A stretch of 64,000 bases of DNA from Candidatus Aenigmatarchaeota archaeon (GCA_016432325.1 CP066684.1:265018-329017), one strand, 5' to 3'; positions 27,215 through 36,820 are shown, counted from the stretch's first letter. Notes: generated from the letters alone by a model not told the origin. A program made the numbers and translations.

Positions 27215-27658
27215 CTACCGGCTTCCCAGTCGAAGCGCCATCAAGGAATATTTTTTAGATAGCCTATAGATTGTCCTGAATCCGAACCTCTCGTAGAAAC
27301 GCACATTGGTTGTGGTAAGAAGTATCAATGAGGCCTTGTTCCTGCCCTTCTTCGTCTTGATTTCCTGTATCGTTCGTTTGATTAGTTCTGTGCCAATTCC
27401 TTCTTTCTGGCGCGTCGGCTCGACGTTCACCCAGAATATATGGTAGACATGCCAATCCATCCAAGATTGGATAAATCCCGCGAATCCAACCATTCTTCCA
27501 TTCTCTTCTGCAACAAGGTACCGAGGCGGTATGATCGGATTTTTGAAGGCGGCTTTTATTTCCCGTCTTGCAGCAAGCTCGAATGCCTTCGAATAGTTCA
27601 AACCGACAATCCTGGCGGCTTTTAGAATTTCATGCTTCCTGACGTATCTTATCTTCAT
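27215..27658 (-). CDS. GNAT-family N-acetyltransferase
   Basis: 147 aa; acetyl-CoA-binding-like region QKEGIGTELIKRTIQEIK. Confidence 0.55.
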   Translation of the reverse strand: MKIRYVRKHEILKAARIVGLNYSKAFELAARREIKAAFKNPIIPPRYLVAEENGRMVGFAGFIQSWMDWHVYHIFWVNVEPTRQKEGIGTELIKRTIQEIKTKKGRNKASLILLTTTNVRFYERFGFRTIYRLSKKYSLMALRLGSR

Positions 27659-27786
27659 ACTATCCTGAGATGGGATTGCAGAGCTTACGATATAAAAGTA
27701 AATGGCGCTGATGCTTGAAACGGCGGTTTCATATCAGCGCGTCTGTTGAATTGGTTGGCGCTGAGGGGGAGATTCTCGTGAACCCG

Positions 27787-27840
27787 TCGTAGGGGTTCAA
27801 GGGGCGCACGCATGTGCCACTTGTTTGAACTCCCGCGGGC
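27787..27840 (+). repeat. ~50-nt intergenic repeat, copy B
   Basis: TCGTAGGGGTTCAAGGGGCGCACGCATGTGCCACTTGTTTGAACTCCCGCGGGC. Confidence 0.5.
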
Positions 27841-27912
27841 TTGCGCCCACCGGTTTTCGAGACCGGCGCAGTTGGTCCGCCTTCTGCCCGCAGGCGTATT
27901 TTTTCCCGCGGG

Positions 27913-27937
27913 TTTTTGCGCGGATATTGCGCAAAAA
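27913..27937. repeat. Palindrome TTTTTGCGC-N7-GCGCAAAAA (copy 1 of 4)
   Basis: Divergent promoter region between the GNAT gene and ttuB. Confidence 0.5.
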
Positions 27938-27992
27938 GGCGCTAAACCAAGCTTTGCTACCTCAGCACTGTGTCCAGTAGGCCGGTTATAGT

Positions 27993-28000
27993 TATAAAAG
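27993..28000 (+). promoter_or_regulatory. Candidate TATA box for ttuB
   Basis: TTATAAAA lies 23-30 bp upstream of the ATG at 28023. Confidence 0.3.
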
Positions 28001-28022
28001 GTTTACTTGCGGTGTTTATTCT

Positions 28023-28223
28023 ATGTTCGTAAAGGTTCTGTTCCAGAAGAAGGAAACCGAGGTAGAGGTCCCCGCGAACGCCAAGGTAGCCGACGCCCTG
28101 AAGGCCGCTGGGATATCCGTTCAAACAGTGATACCAAGGCGCAATGGTTCTGTGATAACCGACGAGGATTCTGTCAAGGAAGGCGACGTCATAGACGCGT
28201 TGCGCATTGTTTCGGGTGGTTAG
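28023..28223 (+). CDS. MoaD/ThiS-fold sulfur-carrier protein (TtuB/SAMP-like) with a C-terminal GG
   Basis: 66 aa ending ...RIVSGG; beta-grasp-like sequence; sits upstream of ttuA. Confidence 0.5.
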   Translation: MFVKVLFQKKETEVEVPANAKVADALKAAGISVQTVIPRRNGSVITDEDSVKEGDVIDALRIVSGG

Positions 28224-28281
28224 AATACTGTTCATGAAACCTGCGGTTTCAAGATTCCCTCGCGGGGCTTGGTGAAGTGCG

Positions 28282-28467
28282 ATGGAATGCCAACGATGCG
28301 GGAAGAATACAATTCTGTTCCGCGTAAAAGACGAAGGACTCTGCGAGTCGTGCATACGCAAAGATCCCAAACTCGAGCTCGTCCCATACTCAAAAGAGGA
28401 AGAACGCAGATTGGGCGCGCTTATGAAACATCCCGCGAAATGGTACAAGGAGGTAAGAACGAAATGA
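28282..28467 (+). CDS. Possible small zinc-ribbon protein (61 aa)
   Basis: MECQRCGKNT...CESC with two CxxC pairs; lies in the ttuB-ttuA spacer in another frame. Confidence 0.2.
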   Translation: MECQRCGKNTILFRVKDEGLCESCIRKDPKLELVPYSKEEERRLGALMKHPAKWYKEVRTK

Positions 28468-29417
28468 ACTGTTCGGCTTGCGAAAAGGATGCGGTATACC
28501 ACAGAAAGTACGAAGGACGCGCGCTCTGCAAGGAACATTTCTCCGAGGACCTTCTGACCAAAATACGCAGGACGATACGCACCGAGCAACTCATCAAGCA
28601 CGGCGACAAGATATGCGTCGCGCTCTCCGGTGGGAAGGACTCCTCTCTTACGCTTTACGTGCTTTCTGATTTGCTCAAGACGTGGCCTAATGTTGAACTG
28701 TTCGCATTAGCTGTCGACGAAGGCATAGAAGGCTATCGGGACAAGAGTCTCGAATCCGCGAAGGAGCTGTGCGCGCGGCTGGGCGTACGGCTTCACGTCG
28801 TCTCGTACAAGGATGAGTTCGGCAAGACCATGGACCAGGTTTTGCACGGGAAGAAGGACTTTCAGAACGCGGACTCCGAGGGTTCCGCACGCGGCAACGT
28901 GCGCGCCTGCACGTACTGCGGCGTTTTCCGCAGAAACATCCTCAACAAGTATGCGCGCGAGCTCGGCGCGACAAAAGTTGCGACAGGCCACAACCTCGAC
29001 GACGAGCTGCAAAGCGTGTTCATGGACTTCCTGAAAGGAGACGTCAACCGTCTGGTACGCATGGGAACGACGATGAATGCGCATGAAAATGATCTTATAC
29101 TACGCGTAAAGCCGTTGCGAAACGTGCCGGAACGCGAGATAGGACTGTTCTGCATCCTGAACGGACTGCCTCACCACGAGGACGAGTGCCCGAACGCGCA
29201 CGACTCGCTGCGGTTCGACGTGCGCGACTTCCTGAACAGGATGGAAGAGCGTTATCCAGGAACGAAGCACAACGCGTCCGCAACGTTTGAGAAGGTACTG
29301 CCTGCGCTGCGCGAGTCATTTATGAAACAAATGCCTTCCCTGCGCGCGTGCGAGAAGTGCGGAGAGCTGTGCTCAGGCGAAACGTGCAAGGCATGCGAAT
29401 TGAAGGCGACGATTTAG
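28464..29417 (+). CDS. ttuA: tRNA 2-thiolation PP-loop ATPase (TtuA/NcsA/Ncs6 family)
   Basis: GGAGGT Shine-Dalgarno 5 nt before the ATG at 28464; N-terminal Zn finger CSACEK...C..H; PP-loop ALSGGKDSS; CTYCGVFRR; C-terminal CEKCGELCSGETCKAC. Confidence 0.75.
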   Translation: MNCSACEKDAVYHRKYEGRALCKEHFSEDLLTKIRRTIRTEQLIKHGDKICVALSGGKDSSLTLYVLSDLLKTWPNVELFALAVDEGIEGYRDKSLESAKELCARLGVRLHVVSYKDEFGKTMDQVLHGKKDFQNADSEGSARGNVRACTYCGVFRRNILNKYARELGATKVATGHNLDDELQSVFMDFLKGDVNRLVRMGTTMNAHENDLILRVKPLRNVPEREIGLFCILNGLPHHEDECPNAHDSLRFDVRDFLNRMEERYPGTKHNASATFEKVLPALRESFMKQMPSLRACEKCGELCSGETCKACELKATI

Positions 29418-29830
29418 GCCGGGGCGGCCGTCGGCCCGCTCTTTTTCAAGAGACGGAACTCGTAGCGCCGCGGCGCGAACTGCTTCAAATCCGCCTCGTA
29501 CGCGCAGCGCCTGCAATGCACGCCTATCATCACGCGCTCGCCTCTGAGGTTGTTTGAGACGGTGGCGAACAGTTCTCCGCTGCAGGCCGGACATTCATCA
29601 GGCAGGTCTCCAGAACCCTTCTTCGTCTCGACGCCGAGCTCGAGTCCGGCTATTTCCAGCGCCAGCTTGCGCGCTCGCTGCGGCGTTATCTCGAACTTGC
29701 TGTCCAGCCTCTTCAAACTGTCTTCCACGAGCTCCGCGAGCTCTTCCTGCGTGCGGACGATGCCGTGCTCCTTGAGAGTCATGTAGATTACGCGCTTCAC
29801 GAGTTCTGAATCGGGTATCTTCGTGCTCAT
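29414..29830 (-). CDS. Zinc-ribbon protein (138 aa), hypothetical
   Basis: CPACSGE...CRRCAY; four-Cys pattern. Confidence 0.3.
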   Translation of the reverse strand: MSTKIPDSELVKRVIYMTLKEHGIVRTQEELAELVEDSLKRLDSKFEITPQRARKLALEIAGLELGVETKKGSGDLPDECPACSGELFATVSNNLRGERVMIGVHCRRCAYEADLKQFAPRRYEFRLLKKSGPTAAPA

Positions 29831-29868
29831 ATCCCCACACGTCCCGTGGGCTGTGTGACTATTAAACC

Positions 29869-30615
29869 TTATCGCCTGAGTTCCAGATACATCGTCGGAT
29901 TCACGACCCCCATATACGCGGCCGTCAGTGACGTCACGTAGCGCAGTATCACGAACGCCGCGAGGCTTGCCGTGCGAATCGTTCCGGGCAGGAAGAACGC
30001 CACGGCGATGAGGGCGAACGAAATGAGGACGACGTATGTGGTCTCTGTCCTATACTTCTTTGACAAACGGAAGCTGCGCCTGAACGACTCGAAGACGCCA
30101 ACATCGTCTATAATGACCGAAGACGGAGAGAAGTAGAACTTGAGCGTAATGTAAAATGTGATTATGGCTACTGTTCCGAAACCGATTGCCATGAGCAGCA
30201 CGTTTCCTGTAAGAACGCCGAGCATCGCGACGACCATCGGCACGAGCATCAGAGCGGTTGCAAGCAACACGGGCAAGAAAACGGACAAGAACGTACGCGG
30301 CAAACAGGTCCACGCGACGCGCATGGACTTTGCGAAATCGAACTTCTTGTTCTTCCTGTAGCCTTTTACGAGCGTCGGATACATGCTGTGGAAGTAGACG
30401 GAAACAACGGTTACGAGTATAGAGCCTGTCAGGTAGAGGAACGCGACGTCGATTGTTGGCGGCTTTGAGAAGCCCGTGACGTCGATGCCGAACTCCAGCA
30501 GGAAATAAAGCAGGAACGCGTTCCAGACCGTCGTCGATATCAGGTTCGGCGCGAAGAACAGCGGCTGTTTCACGAGGAAGCGCAGCGAATCGTTGAGGAC
30601 TTTGAAGGCCTTCAT
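29869..30615 (-). CDS. Polytopic membrane protein, unknown function
   Basis: 248 aa with ~7 predicted TM helices. Confidence 0.4.
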   Translation of the reverse strand: MKAFKVLNDSLRFLVKQPLFFAPNLISTTVWNAFLLYFLLEFGIDVTGFSKPPTIDVAFLYLTGSILVTVVSVYFHSMYPTLVKGYRKNKKFDFAKSMRVAWTCLPRTFLSVFLPVLLATALMLVPMVVAMLGVLTGNVLLMAIGFGTVAIITFYITLKFYFSPSSVIIDDVGVFESFRRSFRLSKKYRTETTYVVLISFALIAVAFFLPGTIRTASLAAFVILRYVTSLTAAYMGVVNPTMYLELRR

Positions 30616-30668
30616 CGTTGGCTCTTCGTCCCGGTTCCTATATATCCTTTTAGTGTCAATGAGAGCGC

Positions 30669-31328
30669 ATGACGCGGGGGGCGTTCATCGCATTCGAAGG
30701 AATGGACGGAAGCGGCAAGAGCACTGTCATGGAAAAGACTATGTTCGAGCTCAGTGGCAACGGCTATAGTATCAGATGGACCGCGGAGCCCACTCACCAA
30801 GGGACGGGCAAGCACATACGTGATAGGCTCAACGCCAAGTGGCCTCCCAAAGGGACGATGAGCGATCTCGCGGCCGCGGCGGTCTATACGCGTCTTTTCT
30901 TCGCGGACAGGATCGAACATAATGCGCTGGATATCCAACCCAACCTCTCAAAAAGAATCAACATCTTCACAGACCGTTCCTACGGTTCTACGGTTGCTTA
31001 CCAAAGCGCGCAGGGCTATCCAATAGAGAAGCTCGCGGGGGAAGTCGAGTGGCTCGTTGGCAAAAGTATGATAGAGCGCCCCGACCTGATGGTTGTGCTT
31101 GATGTGAGCGTGCCGACAGCTCTTGCAAGGCTTGCAAAGACGGGCAAGAAACCAGACAAGTTCGAAGACCCTGAATTCCTGCCCAAGCTGCACGAGGCCT
31201 ATGGAAACCTGCCCAAATACCTGCCGAACGACAGAATAGAATTCGTCGACGCCGAGAGGCCCTTGAAAGAGGTCGTGGTGGACGTCTGTTCAAGAATACG
31301 CCCGCTGCTCGTGAAGAAAGCCGCCTGA
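30669..31328 (+). CDS. tmk: Thymidylate kinase
   Basis: P-loop FIAFEGMDGSGKST; DRS/DRY region; LID region. Confidence 0.85.
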   Translation: MTRGAFIAFEGMDGSGKSTVMEKTMFELSGNGYSIRWTAEPTHQGTGKHIRDRLNAKWPPKGTMSDLAAAAVYTRLFFADRIEHNALDIQPNLSKRINIFTDRSYGSTVAYQSAQGYPIEKLAGEVEWLVGKSMIERPDLMVVLDVSVPTALARLAKTGKKPDKFEDPEFLPKLHEAYGNLPKYLPNDRIEFVDAERPLKEVVVDVCSRIRPLLVKKAA

Positions 31329-32894
31329 TTATTTGGCGTCGGCCTCGGTCTCTCCCGAGTAGTATGATATCTTGTTCAGGTCCATGTCCCAGACAGGCTT
31401 GCCGCAGAAGAGCTTGCCTTGGTTGCACATGGGGCCGACGCCCGCGCCTTTCCTGAGATGGCACGGCGGGCCCAGGAAGTTCCCTATCAACGGCGTCACT
31501 TCCCTTACTTGGTTCACTTCGTCGCGGTTTATCTTCCACTCCTCTTCCTGAGTGCGCAGGCACGTGCGCAACTCCCACTTGTGACGGGCGCCAAACAGGT
31601 CCGTGGTCTCCTCTATTCGCAAAGCCGTCGCGTTGGGAAGAAGGTACGCGACGAACTCCCTGCTCTCTCCGTTATCCAGAAGATAGCGGACATCTTCCCA
31701 AGTTCCTTCCATGGCATCGTTGAATATCTGAAGCGCTTCTGCGTTGCCTGCTATCAGTTCCGGCGCAACCGTGTCGGGTTCGCGCGTGAGGACGTCCTGC
31801 AGCCGCGGCCTTATTCCTTTCGTCGCCCTGTGCCTCTGCCCCTGCGAGTCGGCTGTGTGGCTGAGCTTCTTGCGGAACGTGTACGCGACCTGTCCCATCG
31901 CGTACGAGGCCGGGTCCATGTGCTCGAGTTCTGCGGGGTGCAGGAGCGTGCGGTTATTGGCGGGGTTCATCACCAGGCCTATCAGCTGTTCGTCCGTCGC
32001 CACGCCGTCAGCCGCGCCCAAGTGAATGCGGACCGCATCGGCAAGGATGCGATCGCCGTCAGGCGTGTGCGTGACGAGTTTGGAACGGTAAGGATTGAGT
32101 TTCTTGTCGAACTGTGCGTTGTAAGCCGCGACGTCGACGTCGCCCAAGAGCTTGCGGCCCTTGAACGAGGGGCCGTCCTGCCTCTGCAACGGCGCTCCTA
32201 TATGATCGAAGAGTTCTGGCTCTGTCTTCCTTGCCTCGGCCATCATCTGTTCGACAACGGTCTGCGCCTCCCACGGCACGTTGGTGAGCTTGGGGCTGAG
32301 CGCCAGCCTGTTGAGCGTCGAAAGATTCACCGTATAGTACATCCCGGAAAGCGCCGCGATGGGCAGAACATAGCGCGCCGTCTCGATGGCCTGCTTGGGC
32401 ACGAGCTGGGTGTCCCGCTTGGAGAGCTTCCCTCTGGCCTCGGATTTGATGCCTTTCAACTCCTCTTCGAGAATGGGAATCAGCGCAGCATAAGCGTCCC
32501 ATTGGGCGCGGATTCTCTTTCGCGTCCTGTCCCTGCTGTCAGAGTCGTGAAACGGAGGTATTCGTACTGTCGCGGTCCTGTTAGATACGTATCTCTGGCT
32601 TATCTGGTCTGTAACGTACGTAGACGGAAGATGGAAGAAATCGTGGATGAGGTTTCTGGAGACGTTCTCCAGAGCGAACGTAAAAGTCGGGTGGCCGAAC
32701 ACCTGGTGGCCGGAGTTAAACGTATCCTGTACGACTTTCTTCAGCGCCTCGTCCGGGACCTCGTCCGGAAGGACTATCCTGTTCGCAGCCCGCGGAGAAT
32801 AGCAGCTCTTTGCCGATGCGCCTGCGATTCTTAGAGGTTCGTTGGGATATGCGATCAGCTCTACCTTCGACGGCGGATCTAGGACAGACGACAT
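31329..32894 (-). CDS. thyX: FAD-dependent thymidylate synthase ThyX-like, apparently tandem-duplicated (two ThyX-like halves)
   Basis: 521 aa. The N-half has GHQVFGHPTFTFALENVSRNLIHDFFHL...ISQRYV and ARYVLP; it is ThyX-like but RHR is replaced by FHL. The C-half carries QRHRATKG and ARHKWELR...EEEWKI. Confidence 0.5.
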   Translation of the reverse strand: MSSVLDPPSKVELIAYPNEPLRIAGASAKSCYSPRAANRIVLPDEVPDEALKKVVQDTFNSGHQVFGHPTFTFALENVSRNLIHDFFHLPSTYVTDQISQRYVSNRTATVRIPPFHDSDSRDRTRKRIRAQWDAYAALIPILEEELKGIKSEARGKLSKRDTQLVPKQAIETARYVLPIAALSGMYYTVNLSTLNRLALSPKLTNVPWEAQTVVEQMMAEARKTEPELFDHIGAPLQRQDGPSFKGRKLLGDVDVAAYNAQFDKKLNPYRSKLVTHTPDGDRILADAVRIHLGAADGVATDEQLIGLVMNPANNRTLLHPAELEHMDPASYAMGQVAYTFRKKLSHTADSQGQRHRATKGIRPRLQDVLTREPDTVAPELIAGNAEALQIFNDAMEGTWEDVRYLLDNGESREFVAYLLPNATALRIEETTDLFGARHKWELRTCLRTQEEEWKINRDEVNQVREVTPLIGNFLGPPCHLRKGAGVGPMCNQGKLFCGKPVWDMDLNKISYYSGETEADAK

Positions 32895-33023
32895 CCGATA
32901 CTCCCCACTGGCATTCGCTTATAAAGCGGCGAAAGGTTAAATACTCTTCTTCAGGAGTGTGCCGACAGATGAAGTGCATGAAACCACGTTTCATACTTCC
33001 CGCGAACCATTGGTGATGACCGC

Positions 33024-33449
33024 ATGAAGTGCCTTTCAGTAAAGCAACCGTACGCAGACCTCATCCTTTCTGGAAGAAAGACCATCGAAAACCGCCACTG
33101 GAACGCGGCGTATCGGGGCGACCTCCTCATACACGCGTCCGCTAACGTGGACGCCGAAGGCTGCAAGAGGCTCGGAATAGACCCCGCGAAACTCGCCAAG
33201 GGCGCTATTCTAGGCAAGGTCAGGATGGTCGACGTCATAAAATACGACTCGCTGGACAAGTTCCGTTTCCTTTACACAAAACATTTCGCGCCTGACGCGT
33301 ATTACGACGAAGGCAAGACATTCGGCCTTGTGATGACGCAACCGCAGAGGTTTCCCAAGCCCGTCCTTTTGAAGGGAAGGCTCGGGATGTTCGAGGTCCG
33401 TCTCACGCGAACAGGACGAATAGAAACCAACGCGAAGAGGCAGAAATAA
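33024..33449 (+). CDS. ASCH (PUA-like) domain protein
   Basis: LSVKQPYADLILSGRKTIENRHW. Confidence 0.5.
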   Translation: MKCLSVKQPYADLILSGRKTIENRHWNAAYRGDLLIHASANVDAEGCKRLGIDPAKLAKGAILGKVRMVDVIKYDSLDKFRFLYTKHFAPDAYYDEGKTFGLVMTQPQRFPKPVLLKGRLGMFEVRLTRTGRIETNAKRQK

Positions 33450-34801
33450 TGACTCTCGATGCGTTCTTCAATCCGCAAAGCGTCGCTGTCATCGGCGCGA
33501 GCCGCGACCCGAAGAAAGTAGGACATGTAATCTTCCGCAACTTCGTGGAGAGCGGATTCCGCGGGCACGTGTATCCGATAAACCCGAACGCTGAAGAGGT
33601 TTTCCAGAAACGCGCGTATGCGAGCGTGCGGGACGTACCGCACCATGTGGATCTGGCCGTCGTCTGCGTGCCGCAGCCGCTTGTCGCGCACGTTCTCGAG
33701 GAGTGCGGAATGAAGGGCGTGCGGGCTGTGATAGTCATCTCCGCCGGTTTCAAGGAGACCGGAAACGAGACCGCGGAGAAAGAACTTGCGAAGATAGCCA
33801 AGCGCCATAACATCCGCCTCATCGGTCCGAACTGTCTTGGAGTGTACGATCCGTACACCGGAGTGGATACGTTCTTTTTGCCGCGCCACAGGCTCGGAAG
33901 ACCGAAACCCGGCAACATGGCGTTCATCTCCCAGTCAGGCGCCGTGGCGTCTGTCGTGCTCGACTGGATGGAAAGCAAGGGTTACCGCGCTTCGAAGTTC
34001 GTATCATACGGCAACGCCGTAGACATCAACGAAAACGAGCTCATCGAATATCTGGCAAAAGACAGGCAGACGGAAATCATCTGCGTCTATCTTGAAGGCG
34101 CGCACGACGGCCGCAGACTCATGGAGGTCGCGAAGAAGTGCAAGAAGCCGATAGTCGCCCTGAAGGGCGGCGTAACAAGCGATGGAACGCGCGCCGTTGC
34201 GTCCCACACAGGCTCTCTCGCAGGCGCGGCCGAGGTGTACGCCGCTGCGTTCAAACAATCCGGCATCGTCCAAGCGCACGACATGGTGCAGATATTCGAC
34301 TATGCGCGCGTTCTCTCTTCGTGTCCGAAACCGAAAGGCAAGCGAGTACAGGTCATAACAAACGGCGGCGGCTTCGGAATCCTTACCGTTGACGAGATAG
34401 TGGCCAACGAACTGGAGATGGCCCAGCCTTCCAAGGATACGGTGAAAGCGATAAGGAAGGCCGCGCCTCCGCACGTGATAGTCAAAAACCCGATAGATTT
34501 GGCAGGAGACGCGACTGTCGAAACGTATCGCGCGGCTCTCGACGCGGCGATAAAAGACAAGAACAATGACATGCTCGTCGTGATTGCGCTCATGCAGGTG
34601 CCGAACCTGACCGACGACATCGTGGACGTACTTGAAGAGGCGTACCAGACATCCAAAAAACCGATGGTGATCGTATCCGCAGGAGGCAACTACACGGAAC
34701 TCATGAAAAAGACGCTCGACGAGAATGGCATACCGACGTTTTCTTATCCGGATAGGGCCGTGACGGCGCTGCGCGCTTTGTGGGACTATAGCAAGAAGTA
34801 A
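33449..34801 (+). CDS. Acetyl-CoA synthetase (ADP-forming), alpha subunit / CoA-binding ligase domain protein
   Basis: FNPQSVAVIGASRDPKKVGHVIFRN...YPINP, a succinyl-CoA-synthetase-like alpha domain, 450 aa. Confidence 0.7.
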   Translation: MTLDAFFNPQSVAVIGASRDPKKVGHVIFRNFVESGFRGHVYPINPNAEEVFQKRAYASVRDVPHHVDLAVVCVPQPLVAHVLEECGMKGVRAVIVISAGFKETGNETAEKELAKIAKRHNIRLIGPNCLGVYDPYTGVDTFFLPRHRLGRPKPGNMAFISQSGAVASVVLDWMESKGYRASKFVSYGNAVDINENELIEYLAKDRQTEIICVYLEGAHDGRRLMEVAKKCKKPIVALKGGVTSDGTRAVASHTGSLAGAAEVYAAAFKQSGIVQAHDMVQIFDYARVLSSCPKPKGKRVQVITNGGGFGILTVDEIVANELEMAQPSKDTVKAIRKAAPPHVIVKNPIDLAGDATVETYRAALDAAIKDKNNDMLVVIALMQVPNLTDDIVDVLEEAYQTSKKPMVIVSAGGNYTELMKKTLDENGIPTFSYPDRAVTALRALWDYSKK

Positions 34802-36244
34802 TTAGCCTGTCGAATTGGTCTCGTTCCTTTCGTTGTCTTCGTCTTCATCGGTTTCGTCATCTTCTGTCTCGTTCTCTTCCATATCGTCTTCTTCGTCTTC
34901 CATCTCGTCCTCTTCTGTTTCATTCTCTTTCATGTCTCCGAAGTCACCGCGGGCGCGCGCTCGCAGCTTGGTCAGAAACTCTTCGCGGTTCACCCTTAGT
35001 TTGTGCTCCAGCTCGGCACGCTCCGTCTCAAACTTCGCTTTGAATCTGGCTCTCACGCCCTCCTGCGTCTCACAGTCCGTTCCAAGGAACGTCTCCACTT
35101 CTTCTGCCGTAAGGCTCGTGCGCGCGTCTATCTCTTGTTTTATGGTCGCGCAGTCCGTGGTGTTGAGCGTGAATTCGACGCGTTCGCGCGTGCCGTCGCG
35201 TTCGATGCGGACGCCAACGCGCGTCTGATTGCCTTCGCTGTTTATCTTTATCTCTACCTTCTCATGACGCTCTTCCTCGTCGTCCGCCTCTCCGACGCCT
35301 TTGTCCTCTCCAAGACGGCCTGTGAGGACGCGCTCTGCGTTTCTTGCGATGTGAAGCGCGGCCGTGGCCTGACCGAAGGCTTTGCCCGTCTGGTTTTCGG
35401 TAAGCGCCGTTTCAGAAACATTGAGGTGGAATTCTGCACGCTCGATTAGATGAAGGCCCGCGTTGAGGCGGCGCACGCTCGCATTCGTGGCGTTGCCTCC
35501 GCCAATCTCGGCCGACAACACTTCCGCGGCTGTCTTCGCGTCGGCTATCGCTGTCCTGGCCATCTCTATCCTTTCAGAGGCTTTCGCTTGCAAGAACTCG
35601 TGCAAACCGTGGCGTCCCTCGGTTTCATTGAACTTCTCGTTTATCTCGTCGTCATCAAGTCCCCGCGCCTCGAACTTGGCGCGCAAGGCGTCCTTCTTTT
35701 GCCTTATCTCAATCCTGACGTCCGCGGTGCTGTTGGTCAGGCTGTCCAAGAACGCGTCCAGACGCGCGCGCTGTTCGCCTGTAAGCGTCCCTCGAACTTT
35801 CAACTTGACGCTGATGGCGCTGTTTACTTCCTCCACGTCACTCTCGTGTTTCTCGACCTCACTTTCTATCTCCGCCGTGTCGTCCAGCTCGTCTTCCTCC
35901 CTGGCCTCCTTGAGCGCCTTTATGCGCGCCTTGACCTCGGCGAGCGTATGAGTGTGTTCATTCTCGGCCTTGGCTGCGTCGTCCACTTTGTTGGCCGCTA
36001 TCATTGCCTTGACTTCGGCCAGACGTTCGGCAGCGATGTGCAGGTTCGCGTGTGCCTTTGCATCGTCCGTGGTCGCAAGCAGGATGCCTATCTTGTCAAG
36101 AGCAACGTCGATGCCCCACAGAGGAGAATCAGGCGTTGTGCCGGGGTCTGTGGAGGGTTCGGTTTCGTGAGCGAGAACCGGAAGAGGACCAATCAACAGC
36201 AGGAAGGCCGTCATGGACAGGATGAAACGCTGAACGCCTTTCAT
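34802..36244 (-). CDS. Secreted coiled-coil protein with a highly acidic C-terminus
   Basis: Signal peptide MKGVQRFILSMTAFLLLIGPLPVLA; long heptad-like E/K/A-rich region; C-terminal EDEMEDEEDDMEENETEDDETDEDEDNE. Confidence 0.45.
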   Translation of the reverse strand: MKGVQRFILSMTAFLLLIGPLPVLAHETEPSTDPGTTPDSPLWGIDVALDKIGILLATTDDAKAHANLHIAAERLAEVKAMIAANKVDDAAKAENEHTHTLAEVKARIKALKEAREEDELDDTAEIESEVEKHESDVEEVNSAISVKLKVRGTLTGEQRARLDAFLDSLTNSTADVRIEIRQKKDALRAKFEARGLDDDEINEKFNETEGRHGLHEFLQAKASERIEMARTAIADAKTAAEVLSAEIGGGNATNASVRRLNAGLHLIERAEFHLNVSETALTENQTGKAFGQATAALHIARNAERVLTGRLGEDKGVGEADDEEERHEKVEIKINSEGNQTRVGVRIERDGTRERVEFTLNTTDCATIKQEIDARTSLTAEEVETFLGTDCETQEGVRARFKAKFETERAELEHKLRVNREEFLTKLRARARGDFGDMKENETEEDEMEDEEDDMEENETEDDETDEDEDNERNETNSTG

Positions 36245-36480
36245 ACCAAGGATAGCGGCGCCCGCTATATAAAACTGCCGTCGTAAGCCTCTTATGCGCT
36301 TTTTAAAGCTATCCGCACAGGTTTATTGCGGCGATGATTGAACCGCTCCAGAGCGAGCCTCCCCTACGGTAAAGTGGAGGGGCTGTGAGCATCAAGGTAA
36401 CTCATGAGCCGCTATTCCATCATATGAAGCTCAACGCTACCCGCTTCGAAGTTTTTGTGTAGCTCATGAGCCGCTAAATC

Positions 36481-36515
36481 TTTTTGCGCCAAAGACGCAG
36501 GTAAACGCGCAAAAA
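36481..36515. repeat. Palindrome TTTTTGCGC-N17-GCGCAAAAA (copy 2 of 4)
   Basis: Sits between two minus-strand genes. Confidence 0.5.
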
Positions 36516-36550
36516 CATTTATGAAAAATCTACTGCCGCCATTTGACTCT

Positions 36551-36820
36551 CTACTTCAGCGACTTCAGAAAACTCGTGACTGCTCTCTCGCCTTTGTACT
36601 CGACTTCTGTCATCACTTTCTTTCGGTCTATCTCGATCTCTTCCTGCAGCGTTATCTCAGGCAACCCGAGGCTCTCCCTTGCCGACGCGATCTTTATCCG
36701 TTCGACAACCAAACCAATTCCTTTCTTCTTCAAAACTCGACGTTTACTCCGAGCCAGCTTGACGGCTTCCCTGCATTCCAGAGAATCGTCAACCCATAAA
36801 ATCAGAATCTTTGACGACAT
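36551..36820 (-). CDS. Hypothetical protein (89 aa)
   Basis: ORF with plausible composition; the long + strand ORF 36543-37610 is rejected as antisense. Confidence 0.3.
   Translation of the reverse strand: MSSKILILWVDDSLECREAVKLARSKRRVLKKKGIGLVVERIKIASARESLGLPEITLQEEIEIDRKKVMTEVEYKGERAVTSFLKSLK

Noticed and set aside
31419-32834. 471-aa + strand ORF
   Set aside because: It is entirely antisense to the ThyX-like gene and is Arg/Val/Leu-rich with no motif, a typical high-GC shadow ORF. The same judgement applies to 24432-25295, 8867-9607, 9608-10672, 11119-11943, 16672-17415, 42986-43780, 44598-45551 and 63182-63964, and to the many 60-150-aa antisense ORFs inside the GT2, RNR, Lhr and SecD genes.
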